A stretch of 64,000 nt of DNA, taken from assembly GCA_964500835.1 (NCBI GenBank), contig CAZCQL010000003.1, positions 41,534-105,533 of the forward strand. Direction: 5' to 3'. Numbering within the stretch: the first letter of the stretch is position 1; each line of letters starts with the position of its first letter. Source of the stretch: an uncultured Bacteroides sp. (lineage in GTDB: Bacteria; Bacteroidota; Bacteroidia; Bacteroidales; GCA-2748055). Of the stretch, positions 48,309 through 58,330 are shown in pieces. The notes under the pieces were generated by a model. It searched no databases. It saw only the letters and a program-made list of their open reading frames with translations, and was not told where the DNA came from. The position numbers were made by a program, and so were the translations under genes.

Positions 48309-49571
48309 TTACTTATCACCTATGATTTTTGCCGGGTTCATTGTGAGCCAAATGGCTATGGCGATGGCTGACAATACCACACAGAGATAGAAGAAGGGCG
48401 TAAAGCTACCGGTCCACTCGTAAAGATAGGGGAATGCAATGATGGTCACAAATGCACCCAGGTTCCCGGCCATGTTCATGGTTCCTGAAACTGCACCGGC
48501 ATTTTCCTTCCCGATATCAATGCAAAATGCCCAGGACGGGCTCAGGGTCATATCGGCTCCAAAAATTGCGATGGCAAGGAAAATGATTGCTACCTGTGGC
48601 GTTTCGATGTTCGCCATCATCCACATTCCGAAGGCGGCTAATGCAAATCCTGTGACTGCCGGTAACCTTCTTGATATCTTAATGTTCTGTCTCTTATACA
48701 GGCTATCTACCCACAAACCGGATACCCAGTTACCGGCAGCGCCTGCCAGGAGCGGGATCATAGAATAGAGTCCGGCTTCCACACCTCCAAGGGCAAATCT
48801 GTCCTTCAGGTAAGGATACATCCAGGTAAGGGTAAAGTAGAAAGTGAAATTACTGGCCATGTATTGCAGCATGGCCAACCACATATTTCTGGAGGCCACT
48901 ATCTGGCCAAACCGGAGGGATGTTTGCTTGCCTGAGGAGGATTGCTCCCGGTTTTCAAGGATATAGTTTCTCTCTTTTTCGCTAATAGCGTGTGACTCTT
49001 CCGGGCTGTTCCTGAAAAGAAGGTACCAGAGGGTCGCAAACAGGATACCTATGAGACCAAAAATAAGAAAGCTTGTCCGCCACCCAAATTTACCGATGAT
49101 AATAGCTACCAGGGGAAGTGCAAACGCCGCTCCAATCCGGGAACCTGAAAAGTTGATGCCCTGAACAATACCCCGTTCCTTCACCGGGAACCAGCTGTAG
49201 ACCACCCTGGCCAGACTGGGAAAAGCACCTGCTTCACCTGCCCCAAACAAAAACCGGATGACCATCATGGAGATAAAGTTCCATGCGGCGCCTGTTAAGG
49301 CTGTAAGAATGGACCAGAGAGAAATAATTGATGTGATCACCTTGCGTGGTCCGTGATTGTCCGCCAATTTGCCAGAGGGGGTCTGGAAGAGGGCATAACC
49401 CAGGGTGAACATGGCCATAACCCATCCAAAATCGGTCAGGTCAAAGCTTAGGTCACTTGAAATTGCCTCCTTGGAAGCCGAGATGCATGCCCTGTCGATG
49501 TAGAGCAGGACAGTGAGCATAAAGGTGGAGAAAACAAGCAGGATTCTGATGGGTATCTTTTGTTTTTTCAT
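48309..49571 (-). CDS. MFS transporter (anion:cation symporter-like, hexuronate/aldonate type)
   Basis: About 420 aa and 12 TM helices. The start is chosen at MKKQKIPIRILLVF, although the ORF is open to 49601. Carries the GKLADNHGPRK loop. Confidence 0.85.
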   Translation of the reverse strand: MKKQKIPIRILLVFSTFMLTVLLYIDRACISASKEAISSDLSFDLTDFGWVMAMFTLGYALFQTPSGKLADNHGPRKVITSIISLWSILTALTGAAWNFISMMVIRFLFGAGEAGAFPSLARVVYSWFPVKERGIVQGINFSGSRIGAAFALPLVAIIIGKFGWRTSFLIFGLIGILFATLWYLLFRNSPEESHAISEKERNYILENREQSSSGKQTSLRFGQIVASRNMWLAMLQYMASNFTFYFTLTWMYPYLKDRFALGGVEAGLYSMIPLLAGAAGNWVSGLWVDSLYKRQNIKISRRLPAVTGFALAAFGMWMMANIETPQVAIIFLAIAIFGADMTLSPSWAFCIDIGKENAGAVSGTMNMAGNLGAFVTIIAFPYLYEWTGSFTPFFYLCVVLSAIAIAIWLTMNPAKIIGDK

Positions 49572-49604
49572 ATGGTCCAGGGTGAAGTCATGAAGGATCA
49601 ATCA

Positions 49605-51845
49605 TTAACGGGCATTTTTTGCTTCCGAAATATCATCCAGGACCCATTCATAGATTTTGTCCCAATCCACATACCCCACACGGTTGGTCCATAGCGGGTT
49701 CTGATAATTCTTTTTTGCCTCTTCGGAATAGTTCTTCCAGTAAGCAGAAGCCCTTGTAAGCTTTTCTATGGCACTCTTCTGATTCTCTGATTTCCCGTTG
49801 GCCATCTTCCGGAACATATGCAGGTCCAGGGCACCTTCTATCTTGTAAGCATAGTACTTGCCAAGGTATGCCATGCACCTGATATCTTCCAGGGTTATTT
49901 TCAGCTCGCTGTTATCCAGTGGTTCCATGGTTTCCAACAGCTTTAGGGCATGATTGGCATGTGCATGGATCTGGGCGGCAAGTTCTGCGGGTGACACAAG
50001 GTCTGAAGAACCACCGGTACTGACCATGGTTACATAGTCGGGGATGGACTGATAATTGGTTCCAGGGTGGGGAGGAAGTGTAATAAAACGGTTTACATCG
50101 TGAAAACCAGTCTCGGTCTGGGCCGGTCCCGGACGGCTCTTGCATCCCTCAATATACCACTGAAAGTCAAGAGAACCCCAGTGAAAACCGGTGGTTAACG
50201 GATAGATCATGGAGGCATCCTGCCATGCCGTAAATAATGACTCCCCATCTACCTCCGGGAAACGGTTCCCAAGCATATCAATGAATCGCCTGTCCTGAAT
50301 GGTGGGATCGTATCCAAGGCGGCCCCATAACAACCAGTGGTACCAATGTTTGGAAACCTCAATTTGTCTTGGATTCGCCGGATTCTTACTCAGAAATTCC
50401 CTTCCCCAGATCCATTGATCCGATCCATAATAGAATCCTTCAGAAACCGCGTATGGAATGTGCTTGATGAAATCACGAACAAATCCGGTTCCACCCCAGC
50501 GAAAATAGTAGTTGTCATCATTTCGAAGAGTCCAGATGGTTTTCATGCCTTCAATTTCCTTCACAAATTCGTTGCAGAACGGTTGATGGATGGAACTGAA
50601 TACATGCGCTTTGGCATATTTGAAACTGAACAGGAACTCAATGTTATTCTGATCGGAGAGAGGTGTGAACTTTTTTGCAATATCGAGGGCACCTGTCATG
50701 TGCTGGCGGTGCAGGAAAGTGATCTGGCGATCGGGTTGCTCAGCAGCTGCATCCATGGTTCCCATGGCATAGGTTTTAAAAGCCCAATCCTCTTTTTCAG
50801 GCGGGGCTGATCCCTGCATGTTTTCACCGGTTGTTAAACCAATGCCTGCTAAATCGGGATATGTAATGAACATTTGATAGACCGATTTCCTGAAATAATC
50901 TATAGTTGTTTCATTAGTGATATCATCGGTAATTCCATATTTCCCTTCTGTTCCATAGTCAAAAATATTCCATGTAACCACGTAGAAATCAATATTCCGA
51001 GATTTGCCATATGCCATGACTTCTTTCCAGAATTTGATTTTTTCATCCATGGTGAGTTGCTTCACTACCTTTAGATCAGCAAGGATGGATGGGTCGTCAA
51101 ATCCGACACCTGTGCCACTATAGTGCTCTTTCCAGGGGCCATTGGACTGCATCACATCGTCAAGTGCAACCTCGGGATAATCAGGCACCTTTACCATGGA
51201 AGGGAATGGGTGGAGGTTCCAGAGAGAAATAAAGTTGTACCTGAACTTGGCCATTTGATCCAGGTAGGTTTTCCAGAATTCCAGGCTCCACATTTCCGCG
51301 ATGTTTTGTTGAGCAGCATCACACACATCCGTATAACTGGGAGTACGTACATCAAGTGGAATATTAAACTTGGACCCTCTCATGTGCATGTAAGGAGCTC
51401 TCTCCATCTCATCTACAGCGTTCAGTCCATACAATTTAACCTGCTCGGCAAATTCCAGGCCGCCATACATGGTGCCGGCATCATCTCCCCCGAGGATCCA
51501 ATAGGTGTTCCCTGCTTTCACAAGCCTGAATCCTTCCTTTGCGATGGGTTCATCTTTTAAAATCCCCCCATGGGCAATTATTTCCCGGATTGTTTTATCA
51601 TTCAGGCTACCGAGGATGATACGTTTCCCTTCCCGGAAGTGGCCTACCTGATTTAATGGCAGTTGATCTACCGAATAGGAGTCCCCTGACAGGGCGTTCC
51701 GGATCTCCCCGGCTGCAAATTGAATTTGCGGGATCGAAGGATCAAAGGCAATCACTGCCTCTTGTTGTGCCTGGATGGCAGCCGTGAATATTAAGATCAT
51801 TAGAGTCCATGCGGCCCCCTTGTACAATGGAAATAACGCTTTCAT
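49605..51845 (-). CDS. Secreted 746-aa protein of unknown function, glycoside-hydrolase-like (GH20b/GH67-like N-domain + probable TIM barrel)
   Basis: The ORF and signal peptide are robust (MKALFPLYKGAAWTLMILIFTAAIQAQ). ILGGDDAGTMYGGLEFAEQV resembles the N-domain of GH20/67/115 enzymes. No family could be assigned by eye, so the function is low-confidence. Confidence 0.6.
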   Translation of the reverse strand: MKALFPLYKGAAWTLMILIFTAAIQAQQEAVIAFDPSIPQIQFAAGEIRNALSGDSYSVDQLPLNQVGHFREGKRIILGSLNDKTIREIIAHGGILKDEPIAKEGFRLVKAGNTYWILGGDDAGTMYGGLEFAEQVKLYGLNAVDEMERAPYMHMRGSKFNIPLDVRTPSYTDVCDAAQQNIAEMWSLEFWKTYLDQMAKFRYNFISLWNLHPFPSMVKVPDYPEVALDDVMQSNGPWKEHYSGTGVGFDDPSILADLKVVKQLTMDEKIKFWKEVMAYGKSRNIDFYVVTWNIFDYGTEGKYGITDDITNETTIDYFRKSVYQMFITYPDLAGIGLTTGENMQGSAPPEKEDWAFKTYAMGTMDAAAEQPDRQITFLHRQHMTGALDIAKKFTPLSDQNNIEFLFSFKYAKAHVFSSIHQPFCNEFVKEIEGMKTIWTLRNDDNYYFRWGGTGFVRDFIKHIPYAVSEGFYYGSDQWIWGREFLSKNPANPRQIEVSKHWYHWLLWGRLGYDPTIQDRRFIDMLGNRFPEVDGESLFTAWQDASMIYPLTTGFHWGSLDFQWYIEGCKSRPGPAQTETGFHDVNRFITLPPHPGTNYQSIPDYVTMVSTGGSSDLVSPAELAAQIHAHANHALKLLETMEPLDNSELKITLEDIRCMAYLGKYYAYKIEGALDLHMFRKMANGKSENQKSAIEKLTRASAYWKNYSEEAKKNYQNPLWTNRVGYVDWDKIYEWVLDDISEAKNAR

Positions 51846-51973
51846 GGATTGTAGTTTGTTGAAAGCTCTAAAATAAAAAAATATTTCTTACAAATGTCTT
51901 GCATAAATCATTGAATATTCTGGTTTAAAAAGGCAACTTTACATAAGGATATTCAATCTAAAAAACAACAACC

Positions 51974-53041
51974 ATGAGCGAAAAAAGAAACCTCGGAAGA
52001 CGTGCCTTTCTGGGTACAGGACTAACTGCAGCAGCCTCGGTAGCTGTTGGAAACTCCCTTCATGGAGTTCCTTCCCCAGGGGAGCTGAACCTTCAGAAAC
52101 TTAAAAGTGAACATCCGTATAACGAACGAACACACCTGGCCATGCCCACCAATGCCTTTGGGAAAACAGGTTTTAAAGTCGGAATTCTCAGTCTGGGTGG
52201 ACAAGCCACCCTGGAGCAGGCAGGCAAAGAGGAGCTATCGGAAAAGATGATTAATAAAGCCATTGACCTGGGCATCAATTACATTGATACGGCAGCTGCC
52301 TATGGGAGGGGTGTAAGCCAGATACACATAGGCATGGTTATGAAAACCCGGAGGAAGGAAGTGTGGCTATCCAGCAAAACACATGACCGAAGTTATGATG
52401 GTTCCATGCGGCTGCTGGAGGAAAGTCTGAACAGCCTGCAGACAGATCATCTGGATCTGTGGCAACTCCACAATGTGCAAAGGCGCGACCAGGTGGATCA
52501 AATCTTTTCAGAGGACGGAGCACTGAAAGCCCTGATCAAAGCAAAGGAAGAAGGCATGGTAAGGCATCTTGGTATCACAGGACATTATGAGCCGCTCATC
52601 CTGGTGGAATGCCTCAAGCGATTTGCCTTCGATGCGATCCTTATGGCAATGAATGCTGCTGATGTACACTACCTGAGTTTTAAGGATTTTTTATTGCCGG
52701 AAGCACAAAAACAGGGGATAGCTATAATTGGGATGAAAGTGGCCACCAGGGGACGAATGATCTCCACCTGGACTCCGCCACCTTTGGAAGAGCAGCCCCA
52801 ACGAATGAGAACCCCCCTCCCGGGAACCATTACCATAAAGGAGGCTTTATCGTACAATATGTCCCTGCCGGTGAGCACCACCATTCTGGGAGTGGATAAT
52901 CTGGAGCAAATCGAAGAAAACCTGAAGATTGCCTCCCAGTTTTCACCTCTTTCTGAACAGGAAATGAAGGATCTGGAGTTTAAAACACTTCCCATCGTCC
53001 GCCAGGGACTCTATTTCAGACGTTGGGATTTAGGGGCTTAA
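51974..53041 (+). CDS. Aldo/keto reductase with twin-arginine (TAT) signal
   Basis: RRAFLGTGLTAAASVAVG is followed by the AKR motifs (GINYIDTAAAYG, DLWQLHN, LGITGH). Confidence 0.85.
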   Translation: MSEKRNLGRRAFLGTGLTAAASVAVGNSLHGVPSPGELNLQKLKSEHPYNERTHLAMPTNAFGKTGFKVGILSLGGQATLEQAGKEELSEKMINKAIDLGINYIDTAAAYGRGVSQIHIGMVMKTRRKEVWLSSKTHDRSYDGSMRLLEESLNSLQTDHLDLWQLHNVQRRDQVDQIFSEDGALKALIKAKEEGMVRHLGITGHYEPLILVECLKRFAFDAILMAMNAADVHYLSFKDFLLPEAQKQGIAIIGMKVATRGRMISTWTPPPLEEQPQRMRTPLPGTITIKEALSYNMSLPVSTTILGVDNLEQIEENLKIASQFSPLSEQEMKDLEFKTLPIVRQGLYFRRWDLGA

Positions 53042-53202
53042 GGGCTAAACAGTATCAAAACCCGTTGTACCGTTTGGTGCAGACCAATCTCCGGGAAATC
53101 GACGTACCAGGATTTTACGATGTGTTACTGGCATAATATAAGTGATTGACATAGAGGTGTTTGATTCGTAAACTAGATCAACGCAATAACTAAGAACGGG
53201 AT

Positions 53203-54081
53203 ATGGGTAAACTACTTGATAAGATTGCTGAAGGCCGGGTATTGGTTTCAGATGGGGCCTGGGGAACCTTTTTACATCAGAAAGGGTTGAAGGTCGATGA
53301 ATGTCCCGAATCCTGGAACCTGGATCGGCCCGAAGATGTGTTAGAAATTGCAAAAAGCTATGTGAGTGCCGGGGCAGATATCATTCTTACCAACAGTTTT
53401 GGAGGCAGCCCGTTTAAACTTGATGGCTATGGGTTAAAGGAGAAGACGTATGAGCTTAACCTGGCCGCTGCACAAATCTCTAGAAAGGCCGCCGGAGAAA
53501 AAGCACTTGTCCTCGGATCTGTGGGTCCCACAGGAAAGATGGTTTTTATGGGAGAAATCACTCCGGAAGAATTACTGGCCGGGATAAAAGTACAGGCCAG
53601 GGGATTATTCGATGGAGAGGTTGACGGAATACTCATCGAGACCATGTCTGATCTGACAGAGGCAGAGATAGCCATTCGTGCGGCCCGGGAGGTAACTGAT
53701 TTGGATGTGGCCTGCACATTTACCTTCTCCAGGACACAAATGGGAGATTATAAAACCATGATGGGCACAGGGATTGAGGAATTTTTGGATATGGCGGTAA
53801 AAGCAGGGGCAGATATTGTAGGGGCTAACTGCGGGAATGGGACCGCCGGAATGATCGAAATCGTCAGGCAGATAAGATTTATTGATCCAGGCATTCCTAT
53901 TCTGGTGCACGCCAATGCCGGACTACCCCAATACAAGGAAGGAGAAACGGTTTTTCCGGAAACTCCTGATGAGATGGCACCCCAGATGAAGGAGCTGGTG
54001 ACAGCAGGAGCCAATATTGTGGGAGGGTGCTGTGGTACAACCCCGGACCACATACGCTTGATAGCTACTATGCTGGAGTGA
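53203..54081 (+). CDS. Homocysteine S-methyltransferase-family protein (stand-alone Hcy-binding domain, MmuM/MetH-N-like)
   Basis: 292 aa with [21 protein letters not shown] and [11 protein letters not shown] (zinc Cys triad). Confidence 0.85.
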   Translation: MGKLLDKIAEGRVLVSDGAWGTFLHQKGLKVDECPESWNLDRPEDVLEIAKSYVSAGADIILTNSFGGSPFKLDGYGLKEKTYELNLAAAQISRKAAGEKALVLGSVGPTGKMVFMGEITPEELLAGIKVQARGLFDGEVDGILIETMSDLTEAEIAIRAAREVTDLDVACTFTFSRTQMGDYKTMMGTGIEEFLDMAVKAGADIVGANCGNGTAGMIEIVRQIRFIDPGIPILVHANAGLPQYKEGETVFPETPDEMAPQMKELVTAGANIVGGCCGTTPDHIRLIATMLE

Positions 54082-54148
54082 CCTGAATTCCTGGAATCAA
54101 TCGGTAATTTTTCTATATGATCAGCATAAACCTAAAGCCCTGGCAACA

Positions 54149-56572
54149 ATGAGAAAAATCGTTTTATTGCTTCTGATATCCGGTAGTATTTTTTTATCAG
54201 GATGCGTCTACTTTTTCGAGGAAGTTTATGACAACAAACCCGAACGGATTATCCGGATGGATACTCCCGCTACCCTATTTGAAGAAGCTTTCCCCATGGG
54301 TAACGGCAGGATAGGAGCCACACTTTATGGAGGTGTTTCAAAAGAAAGGGTGATGCTTAACGAATCAACCCTCTGGACCGGCGGACCCGTTGATCCGAAC
54401 ATGAATCCGGAAGCCTATACACATCTTCCGGCAGTGAGGGAAGCCCTGTTCAATGAGGATTATGAGCTTGCAGATCAGCTGGTTAAAAAAATGCAGGGAA
54501 AATTCTCAGAATCCTTTGCTCCCCTGGGGGACCTTTGGATTAGCTATGATCTTGAAGGTGAAGCTGAAAAATACGAGAGGGTATTGGATATCAGGAATGC
54601 CATTTCGATCGTTTCGTTTGAACTCGATGGGACCAGATACACACGGGAGATGTTCGTGTCCCATCCCGATCAGGTGGTAGTCATCCGGTTGGCGGCAGAA
54701 GGCAAAAAGAAACTTGGTTTTCAACTGACAGCCACAAGCAAGCTTCATTATAAAACTGTTGTCCAGGGGAATGCACTCCTTTTGCTGGGTGAGACACCGG
54801 TTCATTGCGAACCTAATTACAGGGGTGATATACCCGATGCCATTGTGTATGAGGAAGGCAGAGGTATGCGGTTTTGTGCCATGGCCGATGTACTGGAAAC
54901 AGACGGCAGCCTGACAGGTGGGAACGGAGGGATTAAAGTTGAGGATGCAACTGAGGCAGTTATCGTGGTGAGTGTGGAGACCAGTTTTAACGGATTTACC
55001 AAGGATCCCGGAAGCGAAGGCAAATACGAAGTTGCGCTGGCACGTCATAGAATCGATGAGGTAAAAAGGTTGGATTATACAAATCTGATCAAGGTTCACC
55101 GCAAAGATTTCAGGAACTATTTCGACAGGGTTACACTGAATCTTGAATCGACAGGTCATTCTAAACTGACAACCCCGGAACGTCTCAAGTTGTTTTCCGG
55201 GGATCAGGCCGATCTGGACCTTGTGGCACTCTATTTCCAATTCGGACGGTATCTGATGATCAGTTCTTCCCGTACCCCGACAGTTCCCGCCAACCTTCAG
55301 GGGATCTGGAACGAACACCTTCGGCCTCCATGGTCAAGCAATTATACTTCCAATATCAATGTGGAGATGAACTACTGGCCCGCGGAGGTGACAAACCTGC
55401 CGGAGATGCACGAACCTCTTTTGCAATTCATTGAAAACCTGTCCAAAACAGGGGAGATGACTGCAAAAAATTACTACAACGCGGCGGGTTGGTGCCTGCA
55501 TCATAACACCGATCTGTGGGCCATGACCAATCCAGTGGGTGACTTTGGTCAGGGAAATCCGCAATGGGCCAACTGGTCTATGGGGGGGGCCTGGATATCG
55601 ACCCATTTATGGGAACATTTCGATTATACCAGGGATACAGCTTTCCTGAGGAATTATGCCTATCCTCTGATGCAAGGCGCAGCCCGGTTCTGTATGGATA
55701 TGCTGGTGGAAGATCCGAACGATCCGGAACATCATTTGTTGACAGCTCCTTCGACCTCCCCTGAGAATCGATTTATCACACCTACCGGGTATCATGGCGC
55801 AACGCTTTATGGATCCACATCCGATCAATCCATGATTCGAGAGATTCTGGGAGATGTGTATGAAGCCAGTATTGTCCTGGACAGGGACACCCAATTCAGA
55901 GAAGGAATAAAAGACACCCTGGCAAGGTTATTGCCTTACCGGACCGGCAAAAAAGGGAACCTCCAGGAGTGGTACTACGATTGGGAAGATGTGGAACCTA
56001 CCCATCGACATGTTTCCCACCTGTTCGGATTCTATCCCGGAAAAAGCATCACATTGAATCAATCCCCTGCTCTTTCAGAAGCAGTAAAACGATCTCTCGA
56101 GTTGAGGACCAACGAGGGGACAGGCTGGTCAATTGCCTGGAAGATATCACTTTGGGCGAGGCTCATGGAAGGAGAGAAGGCATATGATGCCATTAAAACC
56201 CTGCTCCGGTATTATCATCCGGATGACCAAATCGAGTACCAGGGTGGGGGTACATTTCCCAACTTGCTTGATGCCCACCCTCCTTTCCAGATTGATGGTA
56301 ATTTTGGAGGAACTGCCGGGATTGCCGAGATGCTTATGCAAAGCCATGACGGAGGAATTGCTCTGTTGCCAGCACTTCCCCAGTCATGGAAGGAAGGATC
56401 CGTTAAGGGACTGAGGGCAAGAGGGGGATACACTGTCGATATTCAGTGGAAGGATAACCTGGTAAAAAAGGCAGTGATTCTACCCGATGGTTTTGGACAG
56501 GTTACTGTTCATTGGAATGGTCAGAATAAATCGTTTGATTGTAAACCAAGTGAAGAAATAGTCATAAAATAA
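54149..56572 (+). CDS. GH95 alpha-L-fucosidase-type glycoside hydrolase (lipoprotein)
   Basis: 807 aa with lipobox LSGC. Carries [36 protein letters not shown] and [28 protein letters not shown]. Confidence 0.9.
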   Translation: MRKIVLLLLISGSIFLSGCVYFFEEVYDNKPERIIRMDTPATLFEEAFPMGNGRIGATLYGGVSKERVMLNESTLWTGGPVDPNMNPEAYTHLPAVREALFNEDYELADQLVKKMQGKFSESFAPLGDLWISYDLEGEAEKYERVLDIRNAISIVSFELDGTRYTREMFVSHPDQVVVIRLAAEGKKKLGFQLTATSKLHYKTVVQGNALLLLGETPVHCEPNYRGDIPDAIVYEEGRGMRFCAMADVLETDGSLTGGNGGIKVEDATEAVIVVSVETSFNGFTKDPGSEGKYEVALARHRIDEVKRLDYTNLIKVHRKDFRNYFDRVTLNLESTGHSKLTTPERLKLFSGDQADLDLVALYFQFGRYLMISSSRTPTVPANLQGIWNEHLRPPWSSNYTSNINVEMNYWPAEVTNLPEMHEPLLQFIENLSKTGEMTAKNYYNAAGWCLHHNTDLWAMTNPVGDFGQGNPQWANWSMGGAWISTHLWEHFDYTRDTAFLRNYAYPLMQGAARFCMDMLVEDPNDPEHHLLTAPSTSPENRFITPTGYHGATLYGSTSDQSMIREILGDVYEASIVLDRDTQFREGIKDTLARLLPYRTGKKGNLQEWYYDWEDVEPTHRHVSHLFGFYPGKSITLNQSPALSEAVKRSLELRTNEGTGWSIAWKISLWARLMEGEKAYDAIKTLLRYYHPDDQIEYQGGGTFPNLLDAHPPFQIDGNFGGTAGIAEMLMQSHDGGIALLPALPQSWKEGSVKGLRARGGYTVDIQWKDNLVKKAVILPDGFGQVTVHWNGQNKSFDCKPSEEIVIK

Positions 56573-56580
56573 CTTGCGAT

Positions 56581-57258
56581 ATGAAAAGAACTACCCTTTT
56601 CCTAACCGGCTTTTTTCTTGTGACGTCACTCAGTGCGCAGACAAATATTATAAAAGGAGAACTGACTGTTTTCAATCAGTACCCTGTCGCCAACCTGGAA
56701 GTCTCGGCAAAAAAAGCCAAAAAATCTGTAATTACAGATGCTCAGGGGAATTTTGAATTGATTTGTAACGAGAAGGATATTGTTTTTATTTCCGATAAAG
56801 TATTCCAGTCTGTCAGCAAACGCGTAAATCGCAATGATGATTTCATCACCATAAACCTTATCTTTAAAAATACACCCAAGAACAGGGAAACGGCCACGAG
56901 TTCGGGGTACATATCTGAAGAAGACCTTGCTTACGCACTCGAAAACCTCCAAAGTGAAAACAACGATTTTTGCAATTATTCAGATGTTTTTTCCCTGATT
57001 AAAGGCAAGTTCTCTGATGTGGATATAAGAACCGGTTCCACAGGTGAACAAGGTGTCTATGTGCGAAGAGGACAGAAATCCATGTTTGGCGAAAATAAAG
57101 CCCTCTATGTGGTTGACGGCATCAGGGTAAATGATATTTCATCTCGCAGTCCATGCGAGATGGCAAGCATCCATATACTTAAGGATGCTGCTGCAGCAAG
57201 GTATGGAGCTGGTGCATCCAACGGGGTTGTGGTCATTGAGACCAAAGGAGCCCGGTGA
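56581..57258 (+). CDS. CarbopepD_reg + TonB-receptor plug-like domain protein (no barrel)
   Basis: 225 aa with a signal peptide. IKGELTVFNQYPVANLEV is followed by the plug-like ALYVVDGIRVNDIS...ILKDAAAARYGAGASNGVVVIETKG. Confidence 0.7.
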   Translation: MKRTTLFLTGFFLVTSLSAQTNIIKGELTVFNQYPVANLEVSAKKAKKSVITDAQGNFELICNEKDIVFISDKVFQSVSKRVNRNDDFITINLIFKNTPKNRETATSSGYISEEDLAYALENLQSENNDFCNYSDVFSLIKGKFSDVDIRTGSTGEQGVYVRRGQKSMFGENKALYVVDGIRVNDISSRSPCEMASIHILKDAAAARYGAGASNGVVVIETKGAR

Positions 57259-57281
57259 TATTAACTAAAAGAGCCGAGATC

Positions 57282-58271
57282 ATGATGAATTACAGAAAAT
57301 TAGGAAAAACAGATTTTAAAATTTCAGAACTAAGTTTAGGTACCTGGCAGGTTGGAGGCCGATGGGGAGAATCCTTTAATAAACCAAATGCAGAGGCCAT
57401 TTTACACAAGGCCATTGATAGTGGCATTAACTTTATCGATACGGCAGATGTGTATGGGAACGGGTTAAGTGAGAAAATGGTTGGCAAGGTTGTACGGAGC
57501 AGGAACGAAAGGATCTATGTGGCCACCAAGTGCGGACGAAGACTCAAACCACACAACAATGAAACATACACTCCCGGTGCACTCAGGCAGTTTGTGGATG
57601 AGAGCCTCTCAAACTCGGGTCTGGATACCCTTGACCTTATACAGTTGCATTGTCCACCGTCACAGGTATATGAAAGGCCCGAGATATTTGGTTTATTTGA
57701 GGAGCTTAAAGAAGAGGGGAAAATCCTGAATATGGGGGTGAGTGTTGAAAAAGTGGATGATGCAATACGTGCCCTGCAGTTTGAAAATGTTACCTCCGTT
57801 CAGATTATTTTTAATATGTTCAGGCACAAGCCATCTGAAGTGTTTTTCCAGGCAGCCTCTGAGAAAAATGTAGGTGTTATTGTCAGGGTTCCGCTGGCAA
57901 GTGGAATGCTCACAGGACTTTATTCCGTTGACACCAGGTTCGGGAAAGCAGATCACCGCAATTTTAACCGCAACGGTGCCATGTTTGATAAAGGTGAAAC
58001 CTTCTCCGGGGTGGATTATTACACAGGATTGAAGGCTGTGGAAGAGATTAGAAAACTGTTTCCCGGACGGGAAAACCTGGCCCCCCTTGCACTCAGGTGG
58101 ATCCTTATGTTCGAAGAAGTTAGCTGCGTGATTCCGGGAGCGTCCAGCGTGCAGCAACTGACATCCAATCTCGATGCCGTGAAAACAAATCCCTTTACTC
58201 CAGAGCAGATGCAGGGGGTATCAGCGATCTATGAGTCCCTGATCAAGGATCAGGTTCACCATCAATGGTAA
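57282..58271 (+). CDS. Cytoplasmic aldo/keto reductase
   Basis: The start is chosen at MMNYRKLGKTDFKISELSLGTW. Carries GINFIDTADVYG and DLIQLHCP. Confidence 0.9.
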   Translation: MMNYRKLGKTDFKISELSLGTWQVGGRWGESFNKPNAEAILHKAIDSGINFIDTADVYGNGLSEKMVGKVVRSRNERIYVATKCGRRLKPHNNETYTPGALRQFVDESLSNSGLDTLDLIQLHCPPSQVYERPEIFGLFEELKEEGKILNMGVSVEKVDDAIRALQFENVTSVQIIFNMFRHKPSEVFFQAASEKNVGVIVRVPLASGMLTGLYSVDTRFGKADHRNFNRNGAMFDKGETFSGVDYYTGLKAVEEIRKLFPGRENLAPLALRWILMFEEVSCVIPGASSVQQLTSNLDAVKTNPFTPEQMQGVSAIYESLIKDQVHHQW

Positions 58272-58330
58272 GGTGCATCACCATCAAATGAATAATTAGT
58301 TACTTTGTTGGATCTAAAATCTATAGAATA

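Noticed and set aside
53045-53353. 102-aa minus-strand ORF covering the AKR/methyltransferase intergenic region.
   Set aside because: It overlaps the start of the well-supported methyltransferase gene, has no start context or motifs, and has an odd composition.
55582-55589. A G8 run inside the GH95 coding sequence (and a G7 run at 20111-20117 inside the RND gene), considered as possible phase-variation or frameshift sites.
   Set aside because: Both reading frames are intact through the tracts (..SMGGAW.., ..IPGGEI..). There is therefore no evidence of switching here, only a potential sequencing-error hotspot.
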